Positions 8,454-18,850 of a stretch of DNA of 18,850 nt are shown here, in pieces. Source of the DNA: an uncultured Chloroflexia bacterium (GTDB lineage: Bacteria > Chloroflexota > Anaerolineae > B4-G1 > SLSP01). Both the position numbers and the translations under genes were made by a program. The notes under the pieces were generated by a model. The model made no database searches. It had not been told where the DNA came from and saw only the letters and a program-made list of their open reading frames with translations. Every line of letters starts with the position of its first letter. The first letter of the stretch is position 1. The stretch covers positions 1-18,850 of the forward strand of contig CAVVUS010000045.1 in assembly GCA_963751345.1 (NCBI GenBank), written 5' to 3'.

Positions 8454-10362
8454 TTATGCCGCTGCGGCGGATGGCTTGAGCACGGGCTCAGCCTGCGGCT
8501 GCGGGCGGACGTTCTTGTCCTTTAGCGCCGGAAGGGCGCGTCCCTCCATCGCCGCCTCGAACTCTGCCGACGACAGCGTCTCGCGGTCCAGGAGCGCCCG
8601 GGCCACCCGGTTCAGCTCCTCGCGGTGCTCGCTCAGCGCCAACTTCGCGCGATCGTAGGCGTCGGTCACGAACCTCTTGACCTCAGCGTCGATCTCCTGC
8701 GCCATCGACTCGCTGTAGTCGCGCTGCTCGCCGATCTCCTTACCAAGGAAGACCAACTCCTCCTTGCGACCGTAGGTCAGCGGACCCATCTTGTCGCTCA
8801 TGCCGTAGCGCATCACCATCGACCGCGCCAGCTTCGTCGACTTTTCCAGATCGTCGGACGCGCCGGTGCTGATCTCCTCGAAGACCAGTTCCTCGGCTGC
8901 GCGCCCGCCCAGCATCTTGGACATCTCCTGCTCCATCTTGCCGCGCTGCATGATGTAGTGATCCTCCTCCGGCAGCGTCAGCGTGTAGCCCCCGGCCATC
9001 CCACGGGCCACGATCGAGATCTTGCGGACCGGATCGCAGCGCGGCAGCACGTAGGCCACCACGGCGTGCCCCGCCTCGTGATAGGCGAAGACCTTGCGCT
9101 CCTCCTCGGAGATCACGCGGCTGCGGCGCTCCGGCCCCGCGATCACGCGCTCGATCGCCTCCTGGAACTCGACCATCCCGATGCGGCGCTTACCTGCCCT
9201 CGCGGCCAGAATCGCAGCCTCGTTGACCGCGTTCTCGATGTCGGCGCCCACAAAGCCCGGCGTTCCCTGAGCCAGGCTCTCGAGATCCACCTCGGCCGCG
9301 ACCGGCTTTCCACGGGTGTGAACCCGGAAAATGGCCTCTCGCCCACGGATATCGGGCGCATCCAGCACCACCCGGCGGTCAAACCGTCCGGGACGCAGCA
9401 GTGCCGGGTCCAGGATGTCGGGCCGGTTGGTCGCAGCAACCACAATCACGTTCGTATCGGTATCAAATCCGTCCATCTCCACCAGGATCTGGTTCAGCGT
9501 CTGCTCCCGCTCATCGTGGGAGCCCCCCAGCCCGGCACCACGGTACCGGCCGACGGCGTCGATCTCGTCAACAAAGACGATGCACGGGCTGTGCCGCTTG
9601 GCCTGATCGAACAGGTCGCGCACGCGGCTCGCACCGACGCCCACGAACATCTCCACGAACTCCGAACCGGAGATGCTGAAGAACGGCACCCCGGCCTCGC
9701 CGGCAACCGCCTTCGCCATCAGGGTCTTGCCGGTCCCCGGCGAGCCCACAAGCAGCACACCCTTGGGAATCCGCGCGCCCAGGCTCACGAACTTCTGGGG
9801 CTCCTTCAGGAACTCGACGATCTCCTTGAGCTCCTCCTTGGCCTCCTCAACGCCGGCCACGTCATCGAACGTCACCGTCGGGCGATCGCCGGAGAACATC
9901 CGCGCCTTGCTCTTGCCAAAGGACATCGCCTGATTGTTCGCTCCCTGGAACTGCCGGATGAACAGGTAGAAGAACGCGACCCCGGCCAGAACGCTGATCA
10001 GCGTGATGCCGATATTGATCATCGTGCCCCAATCGACCGGCTCCACGTACTCGATATTGATCGCCCGCAGCGACTCGTCCGAGACGCCGAGCGCCTGCAA
10101 CTGCTCGAGCAGCGTCGACTCGGGTCCCTTCCGCGAGATCACCACCTGCTCGCCGGAGCTGTTGGCCTGCTTGTAGGTTACTGTCAATTCATCACCACGC
10201 ACCTGAATGCTCGCAGATCTGGCCCGCGTTCGCTTCTGTGGCTACCTGGTTGAGCGGCACCGTTGCGCTCTGGTTACCCCCAGAGATATAGCTGTAGACC
10301 AGAAAGAGCACAGCGGCAATGATAATCAGATACACGAAATTGCTGCTGCCCTTAGACTTCAT
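8454..10362 (-). CDS. ftsH: ATP-dependent zinc metalloprotease FtsH; frameshift at about 10216
   Basis: GAGGAGG RBS and ATG at 10362 ([25 protein letters not shown]1); removing one base joins to [11 protein letters not shown]. Walker A GSPGTGKT, Walker [28 protein letters not shown] and HEAGH. Confidence 0.96.
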
Positions 10363-10451
10363 TACGCCTCCTCACCCGACCTGCGGGTTGTACAGATACG
10401 GGCTCGGCCCGTTAGCTATCGTAGGAATCCCACGATATTCATCTTCTAATT

Positions 10452-10460
10452 ATTATACCA
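10452..10460 (-). promoter_or_regulatory. Extended -10 promoter element for ftsH
   Basis: TGGTATAAT on the minus strand about 90 nt upstream of the ftsH ATG. Confidence 0.6.
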
Positions 10461-10485
10461 GAGAATCGCGGGGAAATGATAAGAA

Positions 10486-10543
10486 ACACGTTGGAACGCC
10501 CCTGCGTTAGCACGTTGTCACGTTCAAACGTGCAAACGTTCAA
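10486..10543. repeat. Degenerate 8-bp-period tandem array with ACGT core
   Basis: ACGT-like cores at 10488, 10496 (ACGC), 10504 (GCGT), 10512, 10520, 10528 and 10536. Confidence 0.7.
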
Positions 10544-10550
10544 GCGGCGC

Positions 10551-12525
10551 TTAGCGCACTTCTATCGTCGTGACCAGGATCGTGTTGTCGATCACCTGCG
10601 CGTCGCCCGCATCGCTGACCGGCAGCCGCCCGGCGTCATCATAGAGGCCGACCCGGATCTGGTAGGTCCCCGGCGGCGTATCGGCGGGCAGCGAGACCTG
10701 GTGGGGATCGTTGATGATCTCCTCGGGCGCCCAGCTCGTCGTCGGCCGCATCCCGTTGACCGGTACGACATCCTGCTGAGCCACCAAGGTACTCATGTCA
10801 TTGGTCAGCACGTGAATAAAGACCTTGTACGACCGGTCGAACCCGCTGAGACACCGCCAGCGCAACGTCACCGGCACCGCGTCACCGGGGCTATACGAAA
10901 ACTGCGACACCCATGCCTGCTCGAGCACCACCTGGTTGTTCAGGGTCACCCCCAGCAGGATCGGCATGTTGCTCCCGCCACTCACCGTCAACGTGAGCGT
11001 GTCACCCGCCCGGACCTCCTGTCCCGCTGCCGGCAACTGATCCAGGATCGTGCCCTGACCCTCGCCGCTGCGTACTTCGGTGATGGCGAGCAGCAGCCCG
11101 TCGGTCTCCAATCCTTCCTGGACGGTATCGAGGTCGTAACCGACCACGTCGGGCAGAACCACCAGACGTCCCGCCGCCAACAGAACACTCACCGTCGATC
11201 CCGTCGCCACGCGGCTTCCGGCCACCGGCGTCTGCTCCAGCACGGCGCCGGGCCGAGCGTCGGATGATTCCTGCTCTCCCAGCACGTCCATCTTCAGCGA
11301 CAGGCTCTGCGCCAGACGCTGGGCGTCGGCTGCGCTCAGCCCCCCAAGGTTGGGCACGGTCACCAGCGTCTCGGTCACGGGCGTCGAGCGCACCGGGGTC
11401 GCCTGCGCCGATGGTGTCGGCACGGCCACGGGTGCCGTGTAAGCTCGATAGACGAAGAGCCACAGCGGGATCAGGCCGATCACGGCGATGGCGGCCACCC
11501 CCATCAGCATCCACATCGTCATGTCGGGACCGCCGCGCGAGGCAATCGGGCGGGTACCGTCCGCATCCGCCCTCACCCGGATCCTCGGGTTCAGGGGCCA
11601 CCGGCGCCGGCTGGCGGGATGCTGCGGTCCTCGCCGTCCGGTTCGGGATGACGGGTGTCTCGGTAACGATCGGCGCGAGCGGGCCCGTGCCATCGTCCCC
11701 GCGCAGCAGATACTGCTCCAGTGCCATGCCGAGCTGGTCGCCGTTACGATAACGCTGCGTGGGCTCCTTCGAGAGGATCTTGCGCACCAGCCAGTCGAGC
11801 CCGCTTGGGACACGAGGATTGAGCGCCGTCAGCGGCGTCGGCTCCTCACGAATGTGCTTCATCGCCAGGACTTCCGGATCGGGATCGTGGAACGGTGGCA
11901 CGCCCGTCAGCATCTCGTAGAGCATCACGCCGATGCTGTAGACGTCGGAGGCAGGCGTGGGCCGCTCACCCCGCGCCTGTTCGGGCGACAGATAGTGCGG
12001 GCTGCCCCAGACGACCTCGACCGGCTCGGTGTCCCCCTCGTCCTGCTGCAGCGCGCGGGCAATACCGAAATCCGCCACCTTGACCTGGCCGTCTTCGGCG
12101 ACCAGGATGTTCTGCGGCTTGAGGTCACAATGGACGATCCCCGCTCGATGGGCCACCCCCACCCCGGCCGCGACGGCCTGGGCCAACTTGACGGCGCGAC
12201 CGACCTGCAGCGGAGCCTCCCGGCGGATCAGCGCCTTGAGATCCTCGCCCTGCACCAGCTCCATCACGATGAACGGGTGATCCCCCTGGTCGATGCCCAC
12301 GTCGTAGATGTGGACGATGTTGGGATGGTCGAGTTTGGCCGCCGACCGCGCCTCGCGAAGGAAGCGCTCGCGTGCCTCAGGGTCGCTGGCATACGGCTCG
12401 CGGAGGAACTTGACCGCGATCACCCGCTCCAGCATCAGGTCCTCGCCCCGATAGACGGTGGCCATCCCACCTGCGCCGACCAACTCGACCAGCCGGTAAC
12501 GTTCGTTAAGGACAGTGGGTTTCAT
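10551..12525 (-). CDS. PknB/Stk1-like Ser/Thr kinase: kinase, TM, 2 PASTA and C-terminal Ig-like domain; frameshift at about 11572
   Basis: GAGGMATVY, AVKFL, HCDLKPQN, DFGIA, YLSPEQARG and SDVYSIG. After a one-base shift: TM (WMLMGVAAIAVIGLIPLWLFVY), PASTA repeats (TVPNLGGLS.., VLPDVVGYD..) and a beta-sandwich (VTLRW..YKVFIHV..PPGTYQIRVGLYD). Confidence 0.9.
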
Positions 12526-12553
12526 GGGTATCTCATCATCCTGGGTGCACGTC

Positions 12554-12581
12554 ATTCTACCCCAAGGGGGGCCCAAGTCAA
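12554..12581 (-). promoter_or_regulatory. Sigma70 promoter of the kinase gene
   Basis: TTGACT (12581-12576)-N16-TAGAAT (12559-12554). Confidence 0.7.
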
Positions 12582-12702
12582 TTCGATGACAGACCCTCAC
12601 CCTGTACCTCCGTCCAATACCAAGACCATCCCCCCGCCCGATGCCGCCGCCGCTATTCTCCCGTATCATAGAGCCAGATCGCGAGACAAGGGCGGTGACG
12701 AT

Positions 12703-14492
<1,790 letters not shown>

Positions 14493-14496
<4 letters not shown>

Positions 14497-15354
14497 GAAC
14501 TATCTATTCGTTCATCTATACGCTAAAGCCGTTTGAGCGCGGTATCAAGGAAGTTCTGGGCAACTACACCGCGTTCGTCATGCCGGGACTGGGCTTTCAG
14601 ATCCCGTTTCTGAGCCTCGTTCGCATCCGCGACGTGCGCGAGCACACGATGGACATCCCGCCTCAGCCCGTCATCACCAAGGACAACGTGGAGATTCGCG
14701 TCGACGGTGTGATGTGGGTGCGCCCGAAGGCAGACGAGGAATCCATCAAGCGCACTTTCTACAACATCGACGACTGGAAGCGCGCCATCATCCAGCTCGC
14801 GATGACCAACCTGCGTCAGGAGTTCGGTGACCTCACCCTCGACGAGAGCCTCGTGGCCCGCGAGAAGATCGCCAACAACCTGCAGCGCGTGCTCAACAAC
14901 TTCGCCATCGACTGGGGCCTCGTGATCAGCAAGGTCGAGATCATGCTCATCGATCCGCCGGAGGACATCAAGATCGCCATGCACAAGCAGAAGACCGCCG
15001 AGCAGGAGCGCCGCTCGATGCGTCTGCTGGCGACGGGTGAGTTCGAGGCCTCCGAGCAGCAGAAGCTGGCGACCATCCAGCGTGCCGAGGGCGAGCGAGA
15101 GGCTCTGATCCGCCGGGCCGAGGGTGAGCGGGAGGCCTCCATCCGCGTCGCCGAGGGCCGCGCGCAGGCGATCCAGTTGGTCAACGATGCCGCCAATGCC
15201 TATTTCAAGGGCAATGCCAAGGACGCTGCGCGAGATCGAGATGACCGAGAACGCCCTCAAGAACAACGCCAAGGTGGTCCTGACCGAGCACGGCATCAGC
15301 CCCACGCTGCTGCTCGGCAGCCTGCCTACGACCCAGTCAAGTGATGCGGAGTAA
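14493..15354 (+). CDS. SPFH/Band 7 (QmcA/stomatin-like) protein; frameshift at about 15221
   Basis: PGLGFQIPF, QPVITKDNVEIRVDG, TNLRQEFGDLTLDE, IDPPEDIKIAMHKQKTAEQERR and AEGE repeats. Removing one G continues to TLREIEM..LLLGSLPTTQSSDAE*. GTGA overlap with the kinase stop; GAGAGG RBS. Confidence 0.9.
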
Positions 15355-15365
15355 CGGAGAGACTA

Positions 15366-15521
15366 CCTCCGGGTTGTGCGCCTCGTGCGCCGCAGACGGC
15401 GTTAGCGCAACCCGGAGGGTTCTGGCGGCATCGGAGACAACAAGATCGACAGGGTTCCTATGATCGACACCGTCATGCGACGCCACAGACCTTCCGGGTT
15501 GCTCGGAGCAACCCGGAAGGT
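15366..15521. repeat. Two related palindromic (REP-like) elements
   Basis: CCTCCGGGTTG (15366-15376)..CAACCCGGAGG (15408-15418) and ACCTTCCGGGTTGCTC-G-GAGCAACCCGGAAGGT (15489-15521). Confidence 0.75.
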
Positions 15522-15550
15522 TCCGGAGCGCCCAACTGGAAGCTACCGCA

Positions 15551-16248
15551 ATGACCGAAGCACCGCACCGAAGCCGCTCCCATCACCGTCTTTATCATCG
15601 ACGACCACGACGTCGTGCGCAAGGGCCTGCGCTACTACCTCGGCGCACGGCCCGAAATCGAGATCGTGGGCGAGGCCGGCGACGCCCGGACCGCCGTTGC
15701 CGGCGTCGCCGAGCAGGTGCCCGACGTCGCCTTGATGGACCTGGTCCTGCCGCTGCAGCGGGGTGCTCTGCCCTCGGATCAGGGCGGCATCCAGGCCACG
15801 CGCCAGATACGTCAGGTCAGCCCGCACACTCAGGTCGTCGTCCTGACCAGCTATGCGCAGGACGAGCTCATCTTCGCCGCCATCAAGGCCGGAGCCCTCT
15901 CCTACCTGCTCAAGGATGCCGACGCCAACACCGTGCTCGACGCGATCCACGCCGCCAGCCGCGGCGAGGTGGTGCTCCATCCTCGCATCGCCCGGCAGGC
16001 TGATGGCCGAGGTCACCGCGCCGGCGAAACAGCGCGACCCTGCCGCAGAGCTCACGCCGCGGGAGATGGAGGTCCTCCAGCTCATCGCGCAGGGCTGCTC
16101 CAACGCCGAGATCGCCGCAGAGCTGGTGATCACCGAGCGCACCGTCAAGGCCCACGTCAGCAACCTGCTCAGCAAGCTGCACCTCTCCGACCGCACCCAG
16201 GTCGCCGTCTACGCCTGGCGCGAGGGCCTCGTCGACGACAGCGATTGA
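15551..16248 (+). CDS. NarL/LiaR-family response regulator; frameshifts at about 15555-15580 and 15995
   Basis: PITVFIIDDHDVVRKG, LMDL, VLTSY and YLLK receiver motifs; LuxR HTH LTPREMEVLQLIAQGCSNAEIA..TVKAHVSNLLSKL. Start uncertain. Confidence 0.88.
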
Positions 16249-16261
16249 TCGTCATCCGAGA

Positions 16262-16693
16262 CTAAAGGGTCAGGCCACGGGCAAGCAGAGCAGCGAACCC
16301 GGCGGGCGGCAGGATCACAATGCCCCGGTAGTCCTTCAATCGCAGGAGATGCACATCGCCGGTGACGATGTAGGACGCCCCTGCTGCCACGGCACACTCA
16401 AGCACACGGTCGTCAGCCGGGTCGTCTTCGACCTCCGCGAGCTTCAAGCCGGGCTCAACCACTGTGGCGATCCCGCTCAGCCTGTGGACGAGCGCGGTTG
16501 CCTCGGACTCCGACATGGGGAGGTGCCTCGCCACCCGCGGATAACCCAGGACCCGCCTCAGCTCAGATAGTAACGGCGCCGAGGTCGCGACGACAAACGC
16601 CTCCGCCTCCCACTGCCGCACAGTCTCTGCCGGAGGGCCGCTGGGCGAGAGGAGCACACTGATGATGACGTTGGTGTCGAGGACGATGATCAC
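16262..16693 (-). CDS. PIN-family (PIN_3-like) putative toxin
   Basis: IVLDTNVIIS, SEL, DDPADDRVLECAV and IVTGDVHLL. Confidence 0.9.
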   Translation of the reverse strand: MIIVLDTNVIISVLLSPSGPPAETVRQWEAEAFVVATSAPLLSELRRVLGYPRVARHLPMSESEATALVHRLSGIATVVEPGLKLAEVEDDPADDRVLECAVAAGASYIVTGDVHLLRLKDYRGIVILPPAGFAALLARGLTL

Positions 16694-16699
16694 GCGCGG

Positions 16700-16969
16700 C
16701 TATTCGTCGTTCCGAACCGCAGCCACAGCCTCAACGGCTATCTGCTCCGCGTCTTCACCGGAGAGGCCAGCCGATTGCTGCAGGGTCCGGACCAGATCGA
16801 AGAATTCCTGACGCTGGCGCTGCCAGGCTTCATACACCTCGATGGGCACCACGGCTGCCGCCAGCTTCCCGTGCCGACTGAGTAGATAGGTCGCGCCCTG
16901 ATGCTGCACCTGATCGACGATATCGCTCAGGTTCCTCCGGGCTTCTGTCACCCCAAGTTCGCGCTCCAT
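16700..16969 (-). CDS. Phd/YefM-family antitoxin
   Basis: GAAGGTG RBS-like sequence and ATG at 16969; LGVTEARRNLSDIVDQV..YLLSRHGKLAAAVVPIE; 6 nt upstream of the PIN gene. Confidence 0.9.
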   Translation of the reverse strand: MERELGVTEARRNLSDIVDQVQHQGATYLLSRHGKLAAAVVPIEVYEAWQRQRQEFFDLVRTLQQSAGLSGEDAEQIAVEAVAAVRNDE

Positions 16970-17001
16970 TGGCACCTTCACCTCCCGCGGAGCCCGCATC
17001 G

Positions 17002-17038
17002 ACTGTACGCTCTGCTCAATATGTACAGTTTTTACAGT
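17002..17038 (-). promoter_or_regulatory. Putative Phd/YefM autoregulatory operator
   Basis: ACTGTAC (17002-17008)/GTACAGT (17023-17029) inverted repeat, TGTACA palindrome at 17022-17027 and an extra TACAGT at 17033-17038. Confidence 0.65.
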
Positions 17039-17105
17039 TCGCTCTGCTTGGCAAGGGTCCTTCGATGCCGGGCTCTCAGCTCACTGTCGGTGTAAGTGCT
17101 TCCGT

Positions 17106-18850
17106 TTATTCCAGCGCCTCCAGCAGGGCCTTCGCCTCGATCAGATCGGGGGTATCGAAGCCCTCGGTGAACCAGCCGTAGATCGGCTCCAGGAGCGCGC
17201 GCGCCTCACCGGCGCGGCCCTGGGCTTGCCGGAGCCGGGCCAGACTCGCAGCCGCACGCAGTTCGTACCACCGCGACCCTTGCTGGCGCGCGATCTCCAG
17301 CGCTCGCAGCAGACACGACTCGGCCTCCCCCGCCGGGTGAGAATCCACCTGGAGCAGCAGTACGCCGCGCAGCCGCCATACGTCGGCCTCGGTCAGCCGC
17401 ACGCCCGTCTCCTCGATCCAGGCCGCCGCACGATCCAACGTCTGAAGGGCCACGTCGGGATGCCCTGCCTTCGCCAGCATGCTGGCTCGCACCAGCAGGA
17501 CGGCGGCCTGGCCCATCCCGGGCCTCGCTACTGGCGTCGCCGGATCCATCGCCGCCACCTGGGCAGACGGCCCGGCACGGCGTCGGACGAAGGCGCACTC
17601 GGCCCCATCACGTCGACGAAACTGCCATAGAACCGGGCGACGTCACCCAGGGGCCTGATCGCTGCCGCGTGGTTCCGAGCCACATCTGCGTCGCGCCCGA
17701 AGATGAGCGCCGTAACGCCTGCCACGACGTGGGCAAAGGCCTCCGTCGGGGAATGACCGAGCCTCTCTGCCTCTTCCAGCGCTCGCTCTATCTCGGTCCT
17801 GGCCTGGTCAGGATACCCTTGCTGCCACATCACGTAGGCCAAGAGCGACCGGGCCATCACACCCGGATCGGCACCCAGCATCGGACTCAGCAGTGCCCCG
17901 GCCTCGCGATCGTAGAGCGTCAGCGTCTGCATCAGGTGCTCGCGCGCGGCGGGGAGATCGCCACGCGACCAGGCACTGTTGGCCAACGTCCAGTGAGCCG
18001 GCATGAGCGACTGCCGGTCGCCCTGGCGGGCCAGACTCCAGCAACTGCTCCCCGCCCCGCCATCCGCGCTCTGGGTCGGCCATCCACGTATTCGACAGCG
18101 CCAGCATCATCTGCGCGACGAGGCGCACTGGGTCGTCTGCCAACTCCGGATGGTCAATGAGCTCGGCAAGATGTGTGAGCGCTTCCCTGAAGACCGGTGC
18201 GCGCCATCCCCCCTGCAACGCCGCCGGATTGGCCATCGCCACCCACAGCGCCAACTCCAGATGCAGCCGTTCGGACGATGGCGCGACCTGCTCCAGCAGT
18301 GCCAGTCCGCGATGCAGGTGGACAAGCGCTTCGTCGTGGGCCACCAACCGCGCCGCCCATCGGCCCGCCTCCAGCCGGTAACGCGCGGCCTGTAACGGCA
18401 TCGAGGCCTCATCAAAGTGTCGGGCCAGCTCCGGCGCCAACTCAGGCGGCACTGCTTGATCGGTACCATACAGCACCTCGATGGCGCGCGCGGTCGCCTC
18501 GTGGAGCATCGCTCGCTCGATCGCATCCAGGCTGCCGTAGGCGCTCAGTTGCAGCAGCACGTGCCGGAAGCGGTACGTCGATAGGCGCTGGCCGCTTGCC
18601 CCGAGACGATCCAGACTGACCGCCTCGACAAGCCGGTGCCGGGCCCGCAATGACCCGCTCAGCCGCCGGACGACGTCCTCCTCGCTCCATCCCAGCACGC
18701 GTGCCGCGACTTCCGCGACGAACGTCTCGCCCTGCACGCTGGCGGCCTGGAGCAGCGACCGGTCCTCTTTCGGCAGGTCCGCCATATGTCCGGCGATCAC
18801 CGGCTCCACCTGTGGCGGCAAGCGCTCCCAATGCAGGGGTCCTCCTTCAA
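17106..18850 (-). CDS. 3' part of a STAND/AAA ATPase-TPR regulator (SARP- or cyclase-fused type); partial; frameshifts at about 18039 and 17565
   Basis: LLQAASVQGETF, YRFRHVLLQ..AY, ELARHF, helical repeats and the C-terminal signature ELRAAASLARL..LEPIYGWFTEGFDTPDLIEAKALL; frame open to the window edge. Confidence 0.82.

Noticed and set aside
8454-8475. FtsH C-terminal AAAA as an ssrA-like degron
   Set aside because: Ala-rich tails are common in GC-rich genomes; no further support.
3855-10253. Long antisense ORFs (3855-6029, 8625-10253, also 370-1197 and 14523-15305)
   Set aside because: Shadow frames of GC-rich genes; Arg/Pro/His-rich with no family motifs.
11488-12702. 1002-aa ORF 11488-14496 suggesting a giant kinase
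   Set aside because: The first 405 codons are the antisense shadow of the Ser/Thr kinase and intergenic DNA; the plausible start is GTG 12703 before the TM helices.
15079-15160. 33-bp tandem repeat in the SPFH gene (RAEGEREA-x-IR)
   Set aside because: Ordinary AEG coiled-coil repeats of QmcA/stomatin-like proteins.

Overview
GC-rich bacterial chromosomal window, most likely Chloroflexota/Anaerolineae (inferred from gene content and intergenic repeat style), dominated by cell-envelope and signalling genes. In order: a DUF2154/toast-rack-like lipoprotein behind a SigW-type ECF promoter; a minus-strand run of a GH-A-like/CBM/O-antigen-ligase fusion, a CPBP protease and a cohesin lipoprotein; fhaA-fhaB; an AbrB-VapC toxin-antitoxin pair; tRNA-Ser(GGA); ftsH; a PASTA Ser/Thr kinase; a LiaS-like histidine kinase with an extra C-terminal domain, an SPFH gene and a NarL/LiaR regulator; a Phd-PIN toxin-antitoxin pair; and the 3' part of an AAA/TPR regulator. 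About ten frameshifts break eight genes including ftsH; nine are repaired by removing one base, so they are read as sequencing errors. Best novelty candidates: the kinase(+Tubby/LURP-like domain)-SPFH-regulator module, a probably inactive glycoside-hydrolase domain fused to an O-antigen ligase, a non-RD (HCD) PASTA kinase, and a palindromic bidirectional near-leaderless promoter. All family assignments come from motif recognition, not database searches.
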